DNA of 64,000 nt from Azolla caroliniana (Eukaryota; Plantae; Polypodiophyta): the NCBI GenBank assembly GCA_043228905.1, contig JBHGNT010000020.1, positions 10,726,001 to 10,790,000 of the forward strand, read 5' to 3'. This document shows positions 1 through 11,399 of this stretch, in pieces. Below the pieces are notes generated by a model. The model ran no database searches. It saw nothing but the letters and a program-made list of their open reading frames with translations, and was not told where the DNA came from. Made by a program: the position numbers and the translations under genes. How positions within the stretch are numbered: the first letter of the stretch is position 1; each line of letters starts with the position of its first letter.

Positions 1-1017
1 GTGGGTAATGTGTTTCTTAACACTTCTTTAAATGACAAACATGCTATTCTTCAAGATGTGCTACATATGCCTCGCATCTCTGCCAACCTACTTTTGGTCT
101 ACCGAATCACTAAGCAAGGTTATGGAGTCTACTTTGAAAGCTCTGTTTTTGGGAGTCATTGACACCAACAACTTACAAATTGTAGCTTCTGGCACACAAG
201 GGGGTTTATATTGATTGAAAAGTGTCCATAGCCCCTTGGAAACATCCAAATCTCATCTTCTTCATCTTTTTCAAGATTCTCATGCCTTGGTGGCACAAGA
301 AGATCCCATGTTGTGGCATGTTAGGCTCGGTCACCTCAACTACGATTCTCTACAAAAGCTCTCCTCTTCACAACTAGTTGAGGGTCTGCCTATTTTCAAA
401 ACTCCCAATACCCCATGTGTTGCTTGTCTTCATGGCAAGTAACATCGAGAGCCTTTCCTACATGAAGCCACTCCCCATGCAACATCTATCTTGGAGTTAG
501 TGCACATGGATCTTTGTGGTTCCATGAAAACCACTACTCTTGGTGGTGCACGCTATTTCATGGTTATAATCGATGATTTTTCCCACAAGGTTTGGGTTTT
601 TTTCCTTGTAGAGAAATCTCAAGCCTTCACCAAATTTCAAGAGTGGGTAGCTCTCGTGGAGAACGAGACATCAAAGAAAGTTCGAAAGATCAGGTCGGAC
701 AATGGTGGAGAGTTTATCTCCCAAGATTTCCACCATTTTTGCTCTCAACGAGGCATTGTTCGCAAATTTTCGACACCCAATACTCCTTAACAGAATGGAG
801 TTGTGGAAAGGAAGAACTAGATAGTCTAAGAGATAGCTCTTACTATGCTTTCTCAATCTGATCTTCTTCTCTCGCTTTGGGGTGAAGCTATCAACAGAAT
901 AGTCTACATCATCAACTGTTGCCTAACAAAAGCAGTTGCTGCAATGACCCCTGCAGAAGCATTTACAGGTTTAAAGGCGTCGGTTTCTCATTTTAAAGTC
1001 TTTGGTTGTGATGCTTA
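1..1017 (+). mobile_element. Decayed Ty1/copia pol fragment (GAG-pre-integrase zinc finger + integrase core)
   Basis: ORF pieces LWHVRLGHLN...CVACLHGK, ELVHMDLCG...YFMVIIDDFS, KIRSDNGGEF; in-frame stops present. Confidence 0.9.
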
Positions 1018-1021
1018 GGTT

Positions 1022-3010
1022 TGTGAGAAAAGTTGTTAATAGCAGCAACGGAACAGTTCTTAGAACAAAATAGACATAGCAAAAGAGTAGAGCTTGTTTT
1101 TAAGTAGCAACAAAACTAAAAGTCTCTACAAAAGAGGTTGGTATAGCCTATTTATATAAAATTGGGGAAAGTGGGTGAAATGGTTGTTTGGTAGTTAAGT
1201 GACTATTGTACTACCAAATAGGTACAATAAAGTAGGAATAAGAGGGAATATCTTGGAAAAATTGGAAGAAAGAAAAGGCATTTAAAGCGTTGTAGATTCT
1301 AGAGAGAGAAGGCATTTAAAGAGTTGTAGATTCTAGAGGTAGAAAAATCTAGGAAGAGAGAATGTAGAACAGAGATAATAAAGGTGAAAGAGAGTGTAGG
1401 TTTGGAGCTACCACCCCCAACACCTCTCATCTCTAGAATGGCGGTCCAACATTGAGTCGACCAAGGAGTTGATCAATGACTTGTCTTGGAAGTGGCTTAG
1501 TAAATAAATGAGCCACATTTTCTTGAGGAAAATATGCCAAGTTGATGACTTGTGATTTCACTAAATCACGAACCAAATGGTAGTGCACTTTGATATGTTT
1601 TGTTGTACCATGAAATGCTGAGCTATGTCCCAAGGCACGAGCACTTTGGCTGTCGGTGAAAACTGCAATAGGAGAGACTTGCAAAACACTAATGGGAGAA
1701 AACAATTGCATTAACCATAGCAACTCATAGCAAGTATCAAAGTAGGCGTGATATTCAGCTTCTGTCGAAGAACAAGAAACTGAGTTTTACTTCTTCGATT
1801 TCCAAGAAATCAAGCTTGAACCTAACATAAAACAATAGCCACTTGGGAAGTGGTGGAAGCTGATGTGTAGGGGGAGGGAAAACAAGTGGAGTTGAGGGAG
1901 AGCTTTGAATTGTTGGCGAAGTTAGAGATGAGTAGGAGGAGATGGGAGGCTTGAAGGCGAGACATCTTCGTCTAAAATAGGAGATTCCGGAGAAGCTAGA
2001 ATTTCAACCGTGAACTCAGGTGAAATCCTAGAGTCATCAGTCTGAGACTCCACAAAATGAACATCTCTAGAGATGACTGGGGACGTTGATTCTAAATTGC
2101 ATAACCTGTAGGCTTTAGATTGTGTGCTGTAACCAAGAAATTTGCATTTCTTGGTTTTGGACTCAAATTTAGTTCTTTTATGATCTCAAATGTGAACATA
2201 AGCATCACAACCAAAGACTTTAAAATGAGATACTCATGACTTTACACCTGTAAATGCTTCTACAGGGGTCATTGCAACAATTGCTTTTGTTGGGTAACAG
2301 TTGATGATGTAAACTGCTGTGTTAACAGCTTCATTCCAAAATGAGAGAGGAAGATCAAATTGAGATAGCATTGTACGAGCCATCTCTTGGACTGTCCGAT
2401 TCTTCCTTTCTAGAACTCCATTTTTTTCAGGAGTATTGGGTGTAGAAAATTGGTGAGCAATGCCTCGTTGAGAGCAAAAATGGTGGAAATCTTGGGAGAT
2501 AAACTCTCCACCATTGTCCGACCTGATCTTTCGAACTTTCTTTGATGTCTCGTTCTCCACGAGAGCTACCCATTCTTGAAATTTTGTGAAGGCTTGAGAT
2601 TTTTCTACAAGAAATTAAACCCAAACCTTGCCGGAGAAATCATCAATGATGAGCATGAAGTAGCGTGCACCACCAAGAGTAGTGGTTTTCATGGAACCAC
2701 AAAGATCTATGTGCACTAACTCCAAGATAGATGTTGCATGGTGAGTGGCTTCATGTGGGAAAGGCTCTCGATGTTGCTTGCCATGAAGACAAGCAACACA
2801 TGGGTAATTGGGAGTTTTGAAAATAGGCAATCCCTCCACTAGCTGTGAAGAGGAGAGCTTTTGTAGAGAATCGTAGTTGAGGTGACCGAACCTAGCATGC
2901 CACAACGTGGGATCTTGTTGTGCCACCAAGGCATGACAACCTCGAAGAAGATTAGATTTGGATTTTTCCAAGGGGTAATGGGCACTTTTCAATCAATATA
3001 AACCCCCTTC
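1022..3010 (-). mobile_element. Internally deleted Ty1/copia copy (integrase, RNase H, PPT, 3' LTR ~1022-1422), same family as 1-1017
   Basis: Minus ORFs 2615-2992 and 2234-2560 (integrase) are near-identical to 215-790. 1433-1723 is RNase H (FTDSQSA...TKHIKVHYH...FTKPL). A purine-rich PPT abuts an LTR starting TGTTG at 1422 on the minus strand. The RT domain is missing. Confidence 0.85.
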
Positions 3011-3022
3011 TTATGTGCCACT

Positions 3023-3310
3023 TGTGGAGGGTTGCAACTTCAGAACTGCACTCTCTTTCATCTTTATTATCTCTGTACTACATTTTCTCTATTCCCAAGT
3101 TCTCTCTCTAGAATCTACAACTTTTTAAATGCCTTCTCTCTCTAGAATCTGCAACGCTTTAAATTTCTTTTCTCTCTTCCACTTTTTCCAAGATATTCCC
3201 TTTTTATTCCTACTTTATTGTACCTGTTTGGTAGTAATAGAGTCTCTTAACTACCAAACAACCATTTCACCCACTTTCCCCAATTTTGTATAAATAGGCT
3301 ATACCAACCA
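3023..3310 (+). repeat. Truncated copia LTR, inverted homolog of ~1134-1420
   Basis: Reverse complement of the 1134-1420 LTR sequence (e.g. ATAAATAGGCTATACCAACC). Confidence 0.75.
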
Positions 3311-3329
3311 TCACTAAGCAACTGATTTG

Positions 3330-5585
3330 GTTGAAGAGGATGAATTTACTTCTTTCATGTACTAAGGAGACATCAGTTAGCTCCAAAGATGTGTATGACA
3401 CTTTGTTGCCTCTTTTGACAAGTGGACACTTAAGTGTTGGCCCATTTGAGGCACCTTCTCAGCCTTTGGAAACTACTTATAATGATGTAGATCATTCCAT
3501 TTCTGATGCAGACTTACATGATGCACATATTAATGGGAGGGTAGATATAGAGGAGGCAAAGACTGTGCCTAAATGGCTGTTGTAGACTTTGCAAAATAGC
3601 AAATTAGATGTTCCTTTCTCATACCGTACTCGTTCAGGTTCTCGTAATGCTTCGTTTGCATCAGATTGTGATGAGAATAAGCCTATTTCTTTTGATGAAG
3701 CATGAAATTCCGAGAATTGGATGGCTGCTATGCAATCAGAATATGATGCTATTATGAAGATTGGTATATGTTCTTTATGGCTGCCTCTATTCTGTGTGAT
3801 GAGAATGAGCCTGTTTCTTTTGATGAAGCACAAAATTCAGAAAATTGGATGGCTGCTATGCAATCAGAATATGATGCTATTATGTAGACTGGTACATGGT
3901 GTTTATGTGACTTGCCTCTTGGCAAGAAGGCTATTGGCTCTAAGTGGGTATATAAGATGAATCGTAAACCTGATGGAATAGTTGACATGCGTAAGGCTAG
4001 GCTTGTTGCGAAAGGTTATGCCCAAGAAAAAGGCATTGATTTTGATGAGACCTTTGCTCCCACCTGCCATATGACTACTATTCGTAGCATTTGTGCAATT
4101 GCAGTTCATCGTGGTTGGAATGTACATTAGTTGGACATTAAAACAACATTTCTAAATGGTGATCTTCATGAGGAAGTGTATGTATCTCAGCCCTGTGGTT
4201 TTGTGCATAAAGGGCATGAACACAAAGTGTGTAGGTTGAGAAAGGCATTATATGGCTAGAAGCAAGCACCACGTTCTTGGTATGAAAAGATACATGCCTA
4301 TTTTATTGCATTTGGGTTTGAGAATAGTCCAACGGAAAGCACCTTATATGTTAAGTGTGTTGATGATGTATTTCTGATCATGGTTGTGTATGTTGATTGC
4401 TGATTTTAAGGCTGATTTTGCATGCCTCTTTTGAGATGTCAGATTTGGGACATTTGCATCATTATTTGGGCATTCAATTTATGCAAGTTGATAGTGGGAT
4501 AGCTTTGTGTCAATCAAAATACATTGACACATTATTGTAGCATTTTGGCTTTGATGATTGTAAACCTATTGCTACTCCCATGGAGACATGTTTACGTTTG
4601 AGGCTTCATGATTCTAGAGATGCATTTGATGTTATTCTCTATCAGCAGGCATTTGGATGCTTGATTTACTTATGCATAACCCGACCTAATATCAGTTTGT
4701 TGTCTGTCAGATGAGCATGCTTATGTTTTACCCAAGAGTTGAGCATTGGCAGGCAATTAAGCGCATCTTTTGCTACTTGAGTGGTACCTGGTCACCTGGA
4801 TTGTTTTATACAAGGGGGGGTCACTACTGCCAGACCTGAATGCTTTTTTTGACTCTGATTGGGCTGGTTGTTGTGACACTCGTGTGTCCACAAGTGGTTT
4901 TTGCTTCATGCGTGGTAGCTCATGCATATCTTGGTTGAGCAAGAAGTAGGCTATTGTGGCCACTTCTAGTTGTGAGGCTAAGTATAGGGTAGCTTTCACA
5001 ACTACAATTGAGTGTGTGGCTCAAATGCCTTTTAGCTGATTTGGGTGTTGGTCAGTCTTCTGCCACCACCATCTTCACTGACAGTCAAAGCACAATGGCA
5101 GTTGCAAGGAACCCTGTGTTCCATGCTCGCACTAAGTACATTGAGGTGCATTATCACTATGTCAGGGAAAGGTTCTCCGCTAGAGAGATCAGATTGGCTT
5201 ATGTGCCCATGCAAGAGAACATTGCAGACCTCTTCACAAAGGCTCTGCCTATGGAGAAGTTTGAAGCTTTCCGTGAAGCTTTAGGCCTACTCCCATTTAT
5301 GGATTGATCTCTATCCACATAGCTTGGCACTTGCTTAACCATGAGTGCTAACACCTTGTTCACCGCATCACTCCCAAGGGGGATTTGTTGACATATTTTG
5401 GTAGTGATGTGTATTAACACACTTAGGCATTTTTTCTCTCTTTAGGAGTTTTTTCCCCCCTATCTAAAAATACTCTCATAACCCTAAAGTGGTTAAGTTT
5501 TTGTGATTCTAAATAAGAACCCAACATTTTTCGCTTTTGCAACTATAATGAATCAACCAGAAAAAGCTCAACTTGGGTGTCAATA
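3330..5585 (+). mobile_element. Decayed Ty1/copia 3' half (RT, RNase H, PPT, ~200-bp 3' LTR 5386-5585)
   Basis: KAIGSKWVYK...KARLVAKGYAQEKGIDFDETFAP (RT); FTDSQS...PVFHARTKYIEVHYHYVRE...ADLFTKAL (RNase H); PPT AAGGGGGA 5376-5383; LTR ends TGTTGACA...TGTCAATA. Confidence 0.9.
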
Positions 5586-6639
5586 GAGTGTACCTCTCTT
5601 GCTGGCTCGGGCAATTAGTCTTGTACCACATACATTTTCCATACTCCACCTTTGAGGATTGTGTGTGCACTATTCAAGATAAATAATATGCTCGTAGAGG
5701 AAGAACTTTAAAATGTTGATTGGACAACTAAGTCATGCTCTTATAAATATCTATTTAATGCCGAGTGGGAATCTTATCCCAAGGATCTCATTTCGTGTAG
5801 AAAATATTCTTTTAGAACTTGTGCAGTTTTGAAAACGAGATTGTACAACTCTTAACAAAAATTAGATTAAAACGTTTTCCTAGTTTAATTGGAGAAACGT
5901 AAATGGTCTTTAATCCCAACATATTCTACGAACTCCTTGTATTGTAGACTCCTACTCAAAATTTTAAGATGAGGAATTTAAGGACAAGATTAATGAAAAG
6001 CATTTGTGAGGTACTTGAAACCTTTGATGTTTTTCCTCAAAAGGTATTTTGCCTTTATTCAAGTTTTATATGAGCTTGTGGTGAATGGTTTATAAGAAGC
6101 ACTTGAGGTCATAGAGTATCACTTAAAAGAGATCAACATTGGATTCATGTTAAAGGACAATGCTATTTATCTAAAGTCACGTCCACATTTAAGAATACCA
6201 TATACTTAATGTTGGATGCAAATAGTTACCCGTATATGTTGACTCACATTTTGAACTTAAACATACTCTTGATGAGTTAAAGAAATATTGGGTCATGGAT
6301 CTTTGAAATCATGACGTATTGAGTTTATATGGAAAAGTTGTCATTGATGTATGTGGCTACACAAATAGATATGTTTAGGCAAAAGGTTTAGTGTTTATAA
6401 TACCGTTACAAGTCCCATTTTAGAGTACAAGGTAGATAAATGTAGGACATGATACGCTTGTTGAAAGTCAAGTAAAGCATGTAACATTCTTGTGGAAAGG
6501 CATGCCCAAAAGTAAATATATGAGAAGGTGTGACTTCATCCTCTAGGTGACTTAACAAAGATGCACAAAAGGCACTTGACAGAACATGTCATCAAAGCAT
6601 TTTGAATGCACATTTCATGTAAATGTGAGATAAAATGAA

Positions 6640-7270
6640 GGTGTTAAGCATGAGTTTGTGACAATTTATGTATTTGGCCATCATATCAAACATGTTACAA
6701 GATCTCATCATTATGTCTATCATTTGCATGTACGTCCAAATGCTTATAGTGTAGACATGTGTATAGGCCTAATTATAAAGGTCAAAAGACACTTATCACT
6801 TATTCTTTATTTTTGGACCAAGTTTAGTGTCAACTTGGACAACCCTAAATAGGTCATATAAAACATAAATTTACAACTTTTGGATCTCACTTTAAAAGGT
6901 GAGCTCTTCCAACTATTCCACTCTCCATTTTTTTCAACCATCTCTTTATTGTTGCACTCAAAGCACCCATACTTTGGTGACTCCCACGTGTTCCTCAGCT
7001 TTATTGACATCATTTCTAACCCTTTCAACTAGTATCAAAGCAGCTTTAGGGTTTTAGAACTACTACGTAGTTGCTCTATCGTGATAATCTTCAATTTCAT
7101 TGCGAAGAACCTTGCTACAGAGCTTGAAGGAACTTCTTGGGCATCTTAACATCCATAACAAGCTGTTTTTAAGTGATTTACAGTCTAAAATAGGTGTTTT
7201 TTAGTAAAATATCAGTGATTCTAGCAAATCTTAGATTTTCATTGGTTTTCTCACTATATCAATGTGCTAA
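6640..7270 (+). mobile_element. Copia LTR + PBS + 5' leader fragment
   Basis: PBS-like TAGTATCAAAGC at ~7030 (tRNA-iMet type TGGTATCAGAGC) after the LTR end; diverged inverted homolog of 10419-10900. Left boundary approximate. Confidence 0.7.
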
Positions 7271-9171
7271 ACATATGCATTGGAAGAGATATCCTACTTG
7301 AATTTTTACAATTTCAACAAATTCATCCATGTATGACAAGTGATGGAGTATATTGTTATAATTTCTTGCAAAACAGAGCCTAAAATTTGGTGCTTTTGCT
7401 CCTACATGCATCTCTTTCTGAAGGATCTTGATAGAATGAAGAAGATCAAGTACACAAGACGTACGAGCCACACAGAGTAAAAGCAACACTTCACCTGCTT
7501 TCCATATTGATATTTATTACAAAAATCAAGCGTTGTACCTTTAGCATCAAGCTTCCTCAGATTACAAACCCTAGTGAGACCCTTTTGGCTCGTATGTCCA
7601 AGTCTCTTATTCCACAACTTCATATGGGAATGAACTTTAGCCAAAGCAATAAACTTGCCTGATAAAGCATTTCCATGTAAGCAATAAAGAGTTCCCTTTT
7701 TGTGTCTTTCACAATCAATCTTGAACTTTTTGTCATTTTCCATAATCCTCTCTCAAAGAGAATTCTATAACCATGCATATCCATTTGACCCATAGAAAGC
7801 AAGCTTTCCTTGAACCTTGGTACATAATGCATGTTATGCAAAACCAACTCATTAGTGCCATTTGTAGAAAAATGCATTGTGCCAATACCCCTAATGGATC
7901 ATACATGATTGTTTCTAAGGTATAAATGGCCATGGCTACCTGCAAAAAAATTAGAAAATTACTCCTTGACAAGAGTCACATGAAATGAAGCACCAGAGGC
8001 AAGTATCCATGTTTGGACCAATGCATCACTGACGATCAACAAAGCATCAATAAGATCATTCTTAGTGATGCACATGTCCTATGAATGAACATTTAGAGAG
8101 GCATCATATGCATAAGTATCATCAGTTGAAAAAGTAGCAGGTAAAATGTTTTCAACTACTGACAACTCCTCTATGACTACATTAGAGGCCAAGTTGGCCT
8201 TCTCTTTGTCCTTTTGGCTGTCCTATACATCAATGACAAGTGTTCAGCTGCACTTTTGGACTCATTTAGTTGCATGCCAACAAGCTTTCGCAAGTGAACC
8301 GTTGCTTTTACTCTGGTGTGTCTCATAAGTCTTGTGTACTTGATCTTGTTCATTCTATCAAGATCCCACAGAAAGAGAATTCCTTGCATTCTCTCTTTCC
8401 GCAAGTCGAAACCTGTTCCCTCAAATCATCAAATCTCAAATAAATTTTTCACATTGAAGGAAGATGACGCCATAGTTGCACAATGAAGAGGTAAAATCAA
8501 AGAACAGCCTCAAGAAACAGTGCACCACAACTCCAAAAGGTCACAAGAGCAATTTGGGGCAAAAATAAGTAATGTTGGGCACAAAAATGGATCTCTGAAT
8601 TTTTTGCGAAGAGAATTTTAGAACCTTAATTTGTGCTAAAAAACAACTAACTTTGTTGTTTTCAACCTCAAAGAACATATAAAAAGCTAATACTTCTTAT
8701 TTGGACCGTGAAGTCGAAACAAGGAGTGCGGACGGCAGGCAATCGGTGGGTGCAATATGTAAGATGTAGAGTTATAGAGAAAAAAAAGGTTTAGGGTTTA
8801 GGAATTAGGGTTTGAGTTTTGGTTTTGGTTCAGGGTTAGGGTTTAAGAATTAGGGTTTAGTGTTTGTTTTGGGCTTAGGGTTTAGAGGGTAAAAGGGTTT
8901 ACGATTAAGTGCAAGAGGGGATAAAGTGAAAAGAAACACCAAGAATAATTTGCGCACACCCAAATCATTTGACAAACTTGGTGTAAGTGAGGCATAATAA
9001 GAGATAAAGGAAGGGGAGAGAGAGAGAGACGAGGGATTAATCACTAACATTAAAATTAGAAACAAGGTAAAACATAACCATAAGCTAAATAGTCTAGATT
9101 AAAAAGAGGGAGAGATTAAGAAGGAGACTAATTTTCATTAAGAAAAAGGAAAAAGTTACAATACGATGGGT

Positions 9172-9232
9172 AATGGTCATGAGCAAACTAGTTTCGCCCC
9201 CTACGGGGCTCATCAGTGCTACCATGACCATT
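9172..9232 (-). ncRNA. Minimal type I hammerhead ribozyme (identical inverted copy)
   Basis: Exact reverse complement of 9889-9949. Confidence 0.9.
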
Positions 9233-9888
9233 CGAGGTGGATAGGTTTATATAGGGAGTTTTTGGAGTGGGTTTAGAGAAATGACAATAGGGAGTGGGGT
9301 TGTGCTTATGGATGTGATTGAAAGGGGGGGAAAAGATTTGGAAAAGAAGGAAGAGGATTTTATGGGCTTTAATGTGATAAGGGGAAGGCTTTGGTATGAG
9401 GTTATATTGTAAAAGTAGGGATAAGAAGAAAAGGGAGAGTTTAGGATATAAAATGTAAAAAGTGAGGAAATATAAGGGGCATTAAGAGAGAGGGGGAAAC
9501 AAGGCTTACGTGAGATGATGAGAAGGGAAGGAGAGAGAGAGAGAGAGAGAGAGGGAATGAGTAGACATAAGGGGAGTGAGTAGATCTAGGAGGAGAGAGA
9601 GTGGGAAAACGTGAAAAATTAAGAGAGAGCAAAAGGGGAGAGAGAGGAGAGAGATGTGTGTAAACTAGAAAAAGTAAGAGAGAGAAAGGAAAGAGGAGAG
9701 AGATAAGGGAGAGAGACATGTGTGGGAAAATAAAGGTGAAGGCAATTGAGAATATGTCATGCTTTCTATGGAGGCCCTTTCAAATCTTTTCCCCCCCTTT
9801 CAATCACATCCATAAGCACAACCCCACTCCCTATTGTCATTTCTCTAAACCCACTCCAAAAACTCCCTATATAAACCTATCCACCTCG

Positions 9889-9949
9889 AATGGTCATGGT
9901 AGCACTGATGAGCCCCGTAGGGGGCGAAACTAGTTTGCTCATGACCATT
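9889..9949 (+). ncRNA. Minimal type I hammerhead ribozyme
   Basis: AAUGGUCAUG-GU-AGCA [CUGAUGA] GCCCC-GUAG-GGGGC [GAAA]C-UA-G[UU] UGCU-CAUGACCAUU. Full catalytic core, 5-bp stem II, stem I of 4+10 bp with a 2-nt bulge, palindromic stem III. Predicted cleavage after 9935. Confidence 0.9.
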
Positions 9950-11399
9950 ACCCATCGTATTGTAACTTTTTCCTTTTTCTTAATGAAAATTAGTCTCTTT
10001 CTTAATCTCTCCCTCTTTCTAATCTAGACTATTTAGCTTATGGTTATGTTTTACCTTGTTTCTAATTTTAATGTTAATGATTAATCCCTCGTCTCTCTCT
10101 CTCCCCTTCCTCTATCTCTTATTATGCCTCACTTACACCAAGTTTGTCAAATGATTTGGGTGTGCTCAAATTATTCTTGGTGTTTCTTTTCACTTTATCC
10201 CCTCTTGCACTTAATCGTAAACCCTTTTACCCTCTAAACCCTAAGCCTAAAACAAACACTAAACCCTAATTCTTAAACCCTAACCCTGAACCAAAACCAA
10301 AACTCAAACCCTAATTCCTAAACCCTAAACCTTTTTTTTCTCTATAACTCTACATCTTACATATTGCACCCACCGATTGCCTGCCGTCCGCACTCCTTGT
10401 TTCGACTTCACGGTCCAATTGAGCACGTTAATATAGTGAGAAAACTTGCAAAAACCTATGAATTGTTGAAAAACACTTATTTAACCTGTAAATCACCTAA
10501 AAACAGCTTGTTATGAATGTTGAGATGCCCAAGAAGTTCCTTAAAGCTCCAGAGCAAGGTTCTTCATGATGAAACTAAAGATTATTGCGATAGAGCCCTT
10601 GTAGAACAAGTCTAAAACCCTAAAGCCGCTTTGATACCAGTTGAAATGATGTTAATAGAGCTGAGGAAATCATGGGAGTCACCAAAGTATGGGCGCTTTA
10701 GGTGCAACAGTAGAGCGATGGCTACAAAAAATGAAGAGTTCAGCAGTTGGAGGAGCTCACCTTTTGAAGTGAGATCCAAAAGTTGTTAACTTATGTTTTA
10801 TATGACCCATTTAAGGTTGGCCAAGTTCACACTAAACTTGGCCTAAAAATAAAGAATAAGTGATAAGTGACTTTTGGCCTTTATAATTAGGCTTATACAC
10901 TATAAGGGGGTCTTTTAGGGGCTTGTCATCTTTTTGATGCTATATGTGCACGGGCATGTTGCCCAGAAGCTTATTAGGAAAGGGTCAACCATTTATCTTG
11001 ATAGTGTATGTGTAGAGTAATGCATTATATTACAAAATCTAATTTCAATGTTATGTGTGAGGACATGTTCCGGGAGAATAAAGACAATAAAAGAGTTTTT
11101 GAGTGTAGGATGATGATGTTCATGAATGCATTGTGTGGAGAAATCTATGGCAAAAGTTTAGTAGATTATTTCTGTATGGACATGTTGACACTGCTAACAT
11201 TGTGGAGGCAAAGGCAATTTATTGAATACACAACCTGGAGAAGAAGAATTAACTGGTCAATTAATGATGTAGTACATGCTTTAATTGTGATAGTTTGTTT
11301 GGCACTTGCATTGGAGTTATTATGGTGGAATTTTACATGTATCACTCTCACATATCTCTTGCCTTTGTATGTACCATTCTATCATTGTTTGTCTAATTC

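Larger units (their letters stand above)
8701..10418. mobile_element. Non-coding foldback element with ~640-bp inverted arms (8701-9340 / 9781-10418) and a 440-bp GA-rich spacer; candidate Penelope-like or retrozyme-like element
   Basis: Arms are reverse complements (TTGGACCGTGAAGTCGAAAC...GTTTCGACTTCACGGTCCAA) with only about six substitutions and a 2-nt indel by eye. Each arm contains a hammerhead. No TSD and no credible ORF. Confidence 0.85.
7271..10900 (-). mobile_element. Decayed Ty1/copia 5' half (LTR, PBS, gag/protease/pre-integrase) interrupted by the 8701-10418 element
   Basis: Minus-strand PBS TGGTATCAAAGCGGC at 10625-10639; protease-like WILASGASFHVT near 7975-8010; HYVPRFKESLLSMGQMD; KLWNKRLGHTS...CNKYQYGK. 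Confidence 0.8.

Noticed and set aside
5600-6350. Possible L1 ORF1 relics (also ~16900-17580 and ~29300-29960)
   Set aside because: Too degenerate to support a call by eye.
8850-9933. ORFs 8850-9065, 9441-9719 and 9718-9933 inside the foldback element
   Set aside because: Low-complexity translations of GA/CT-rich DNA with no recognisable domain.
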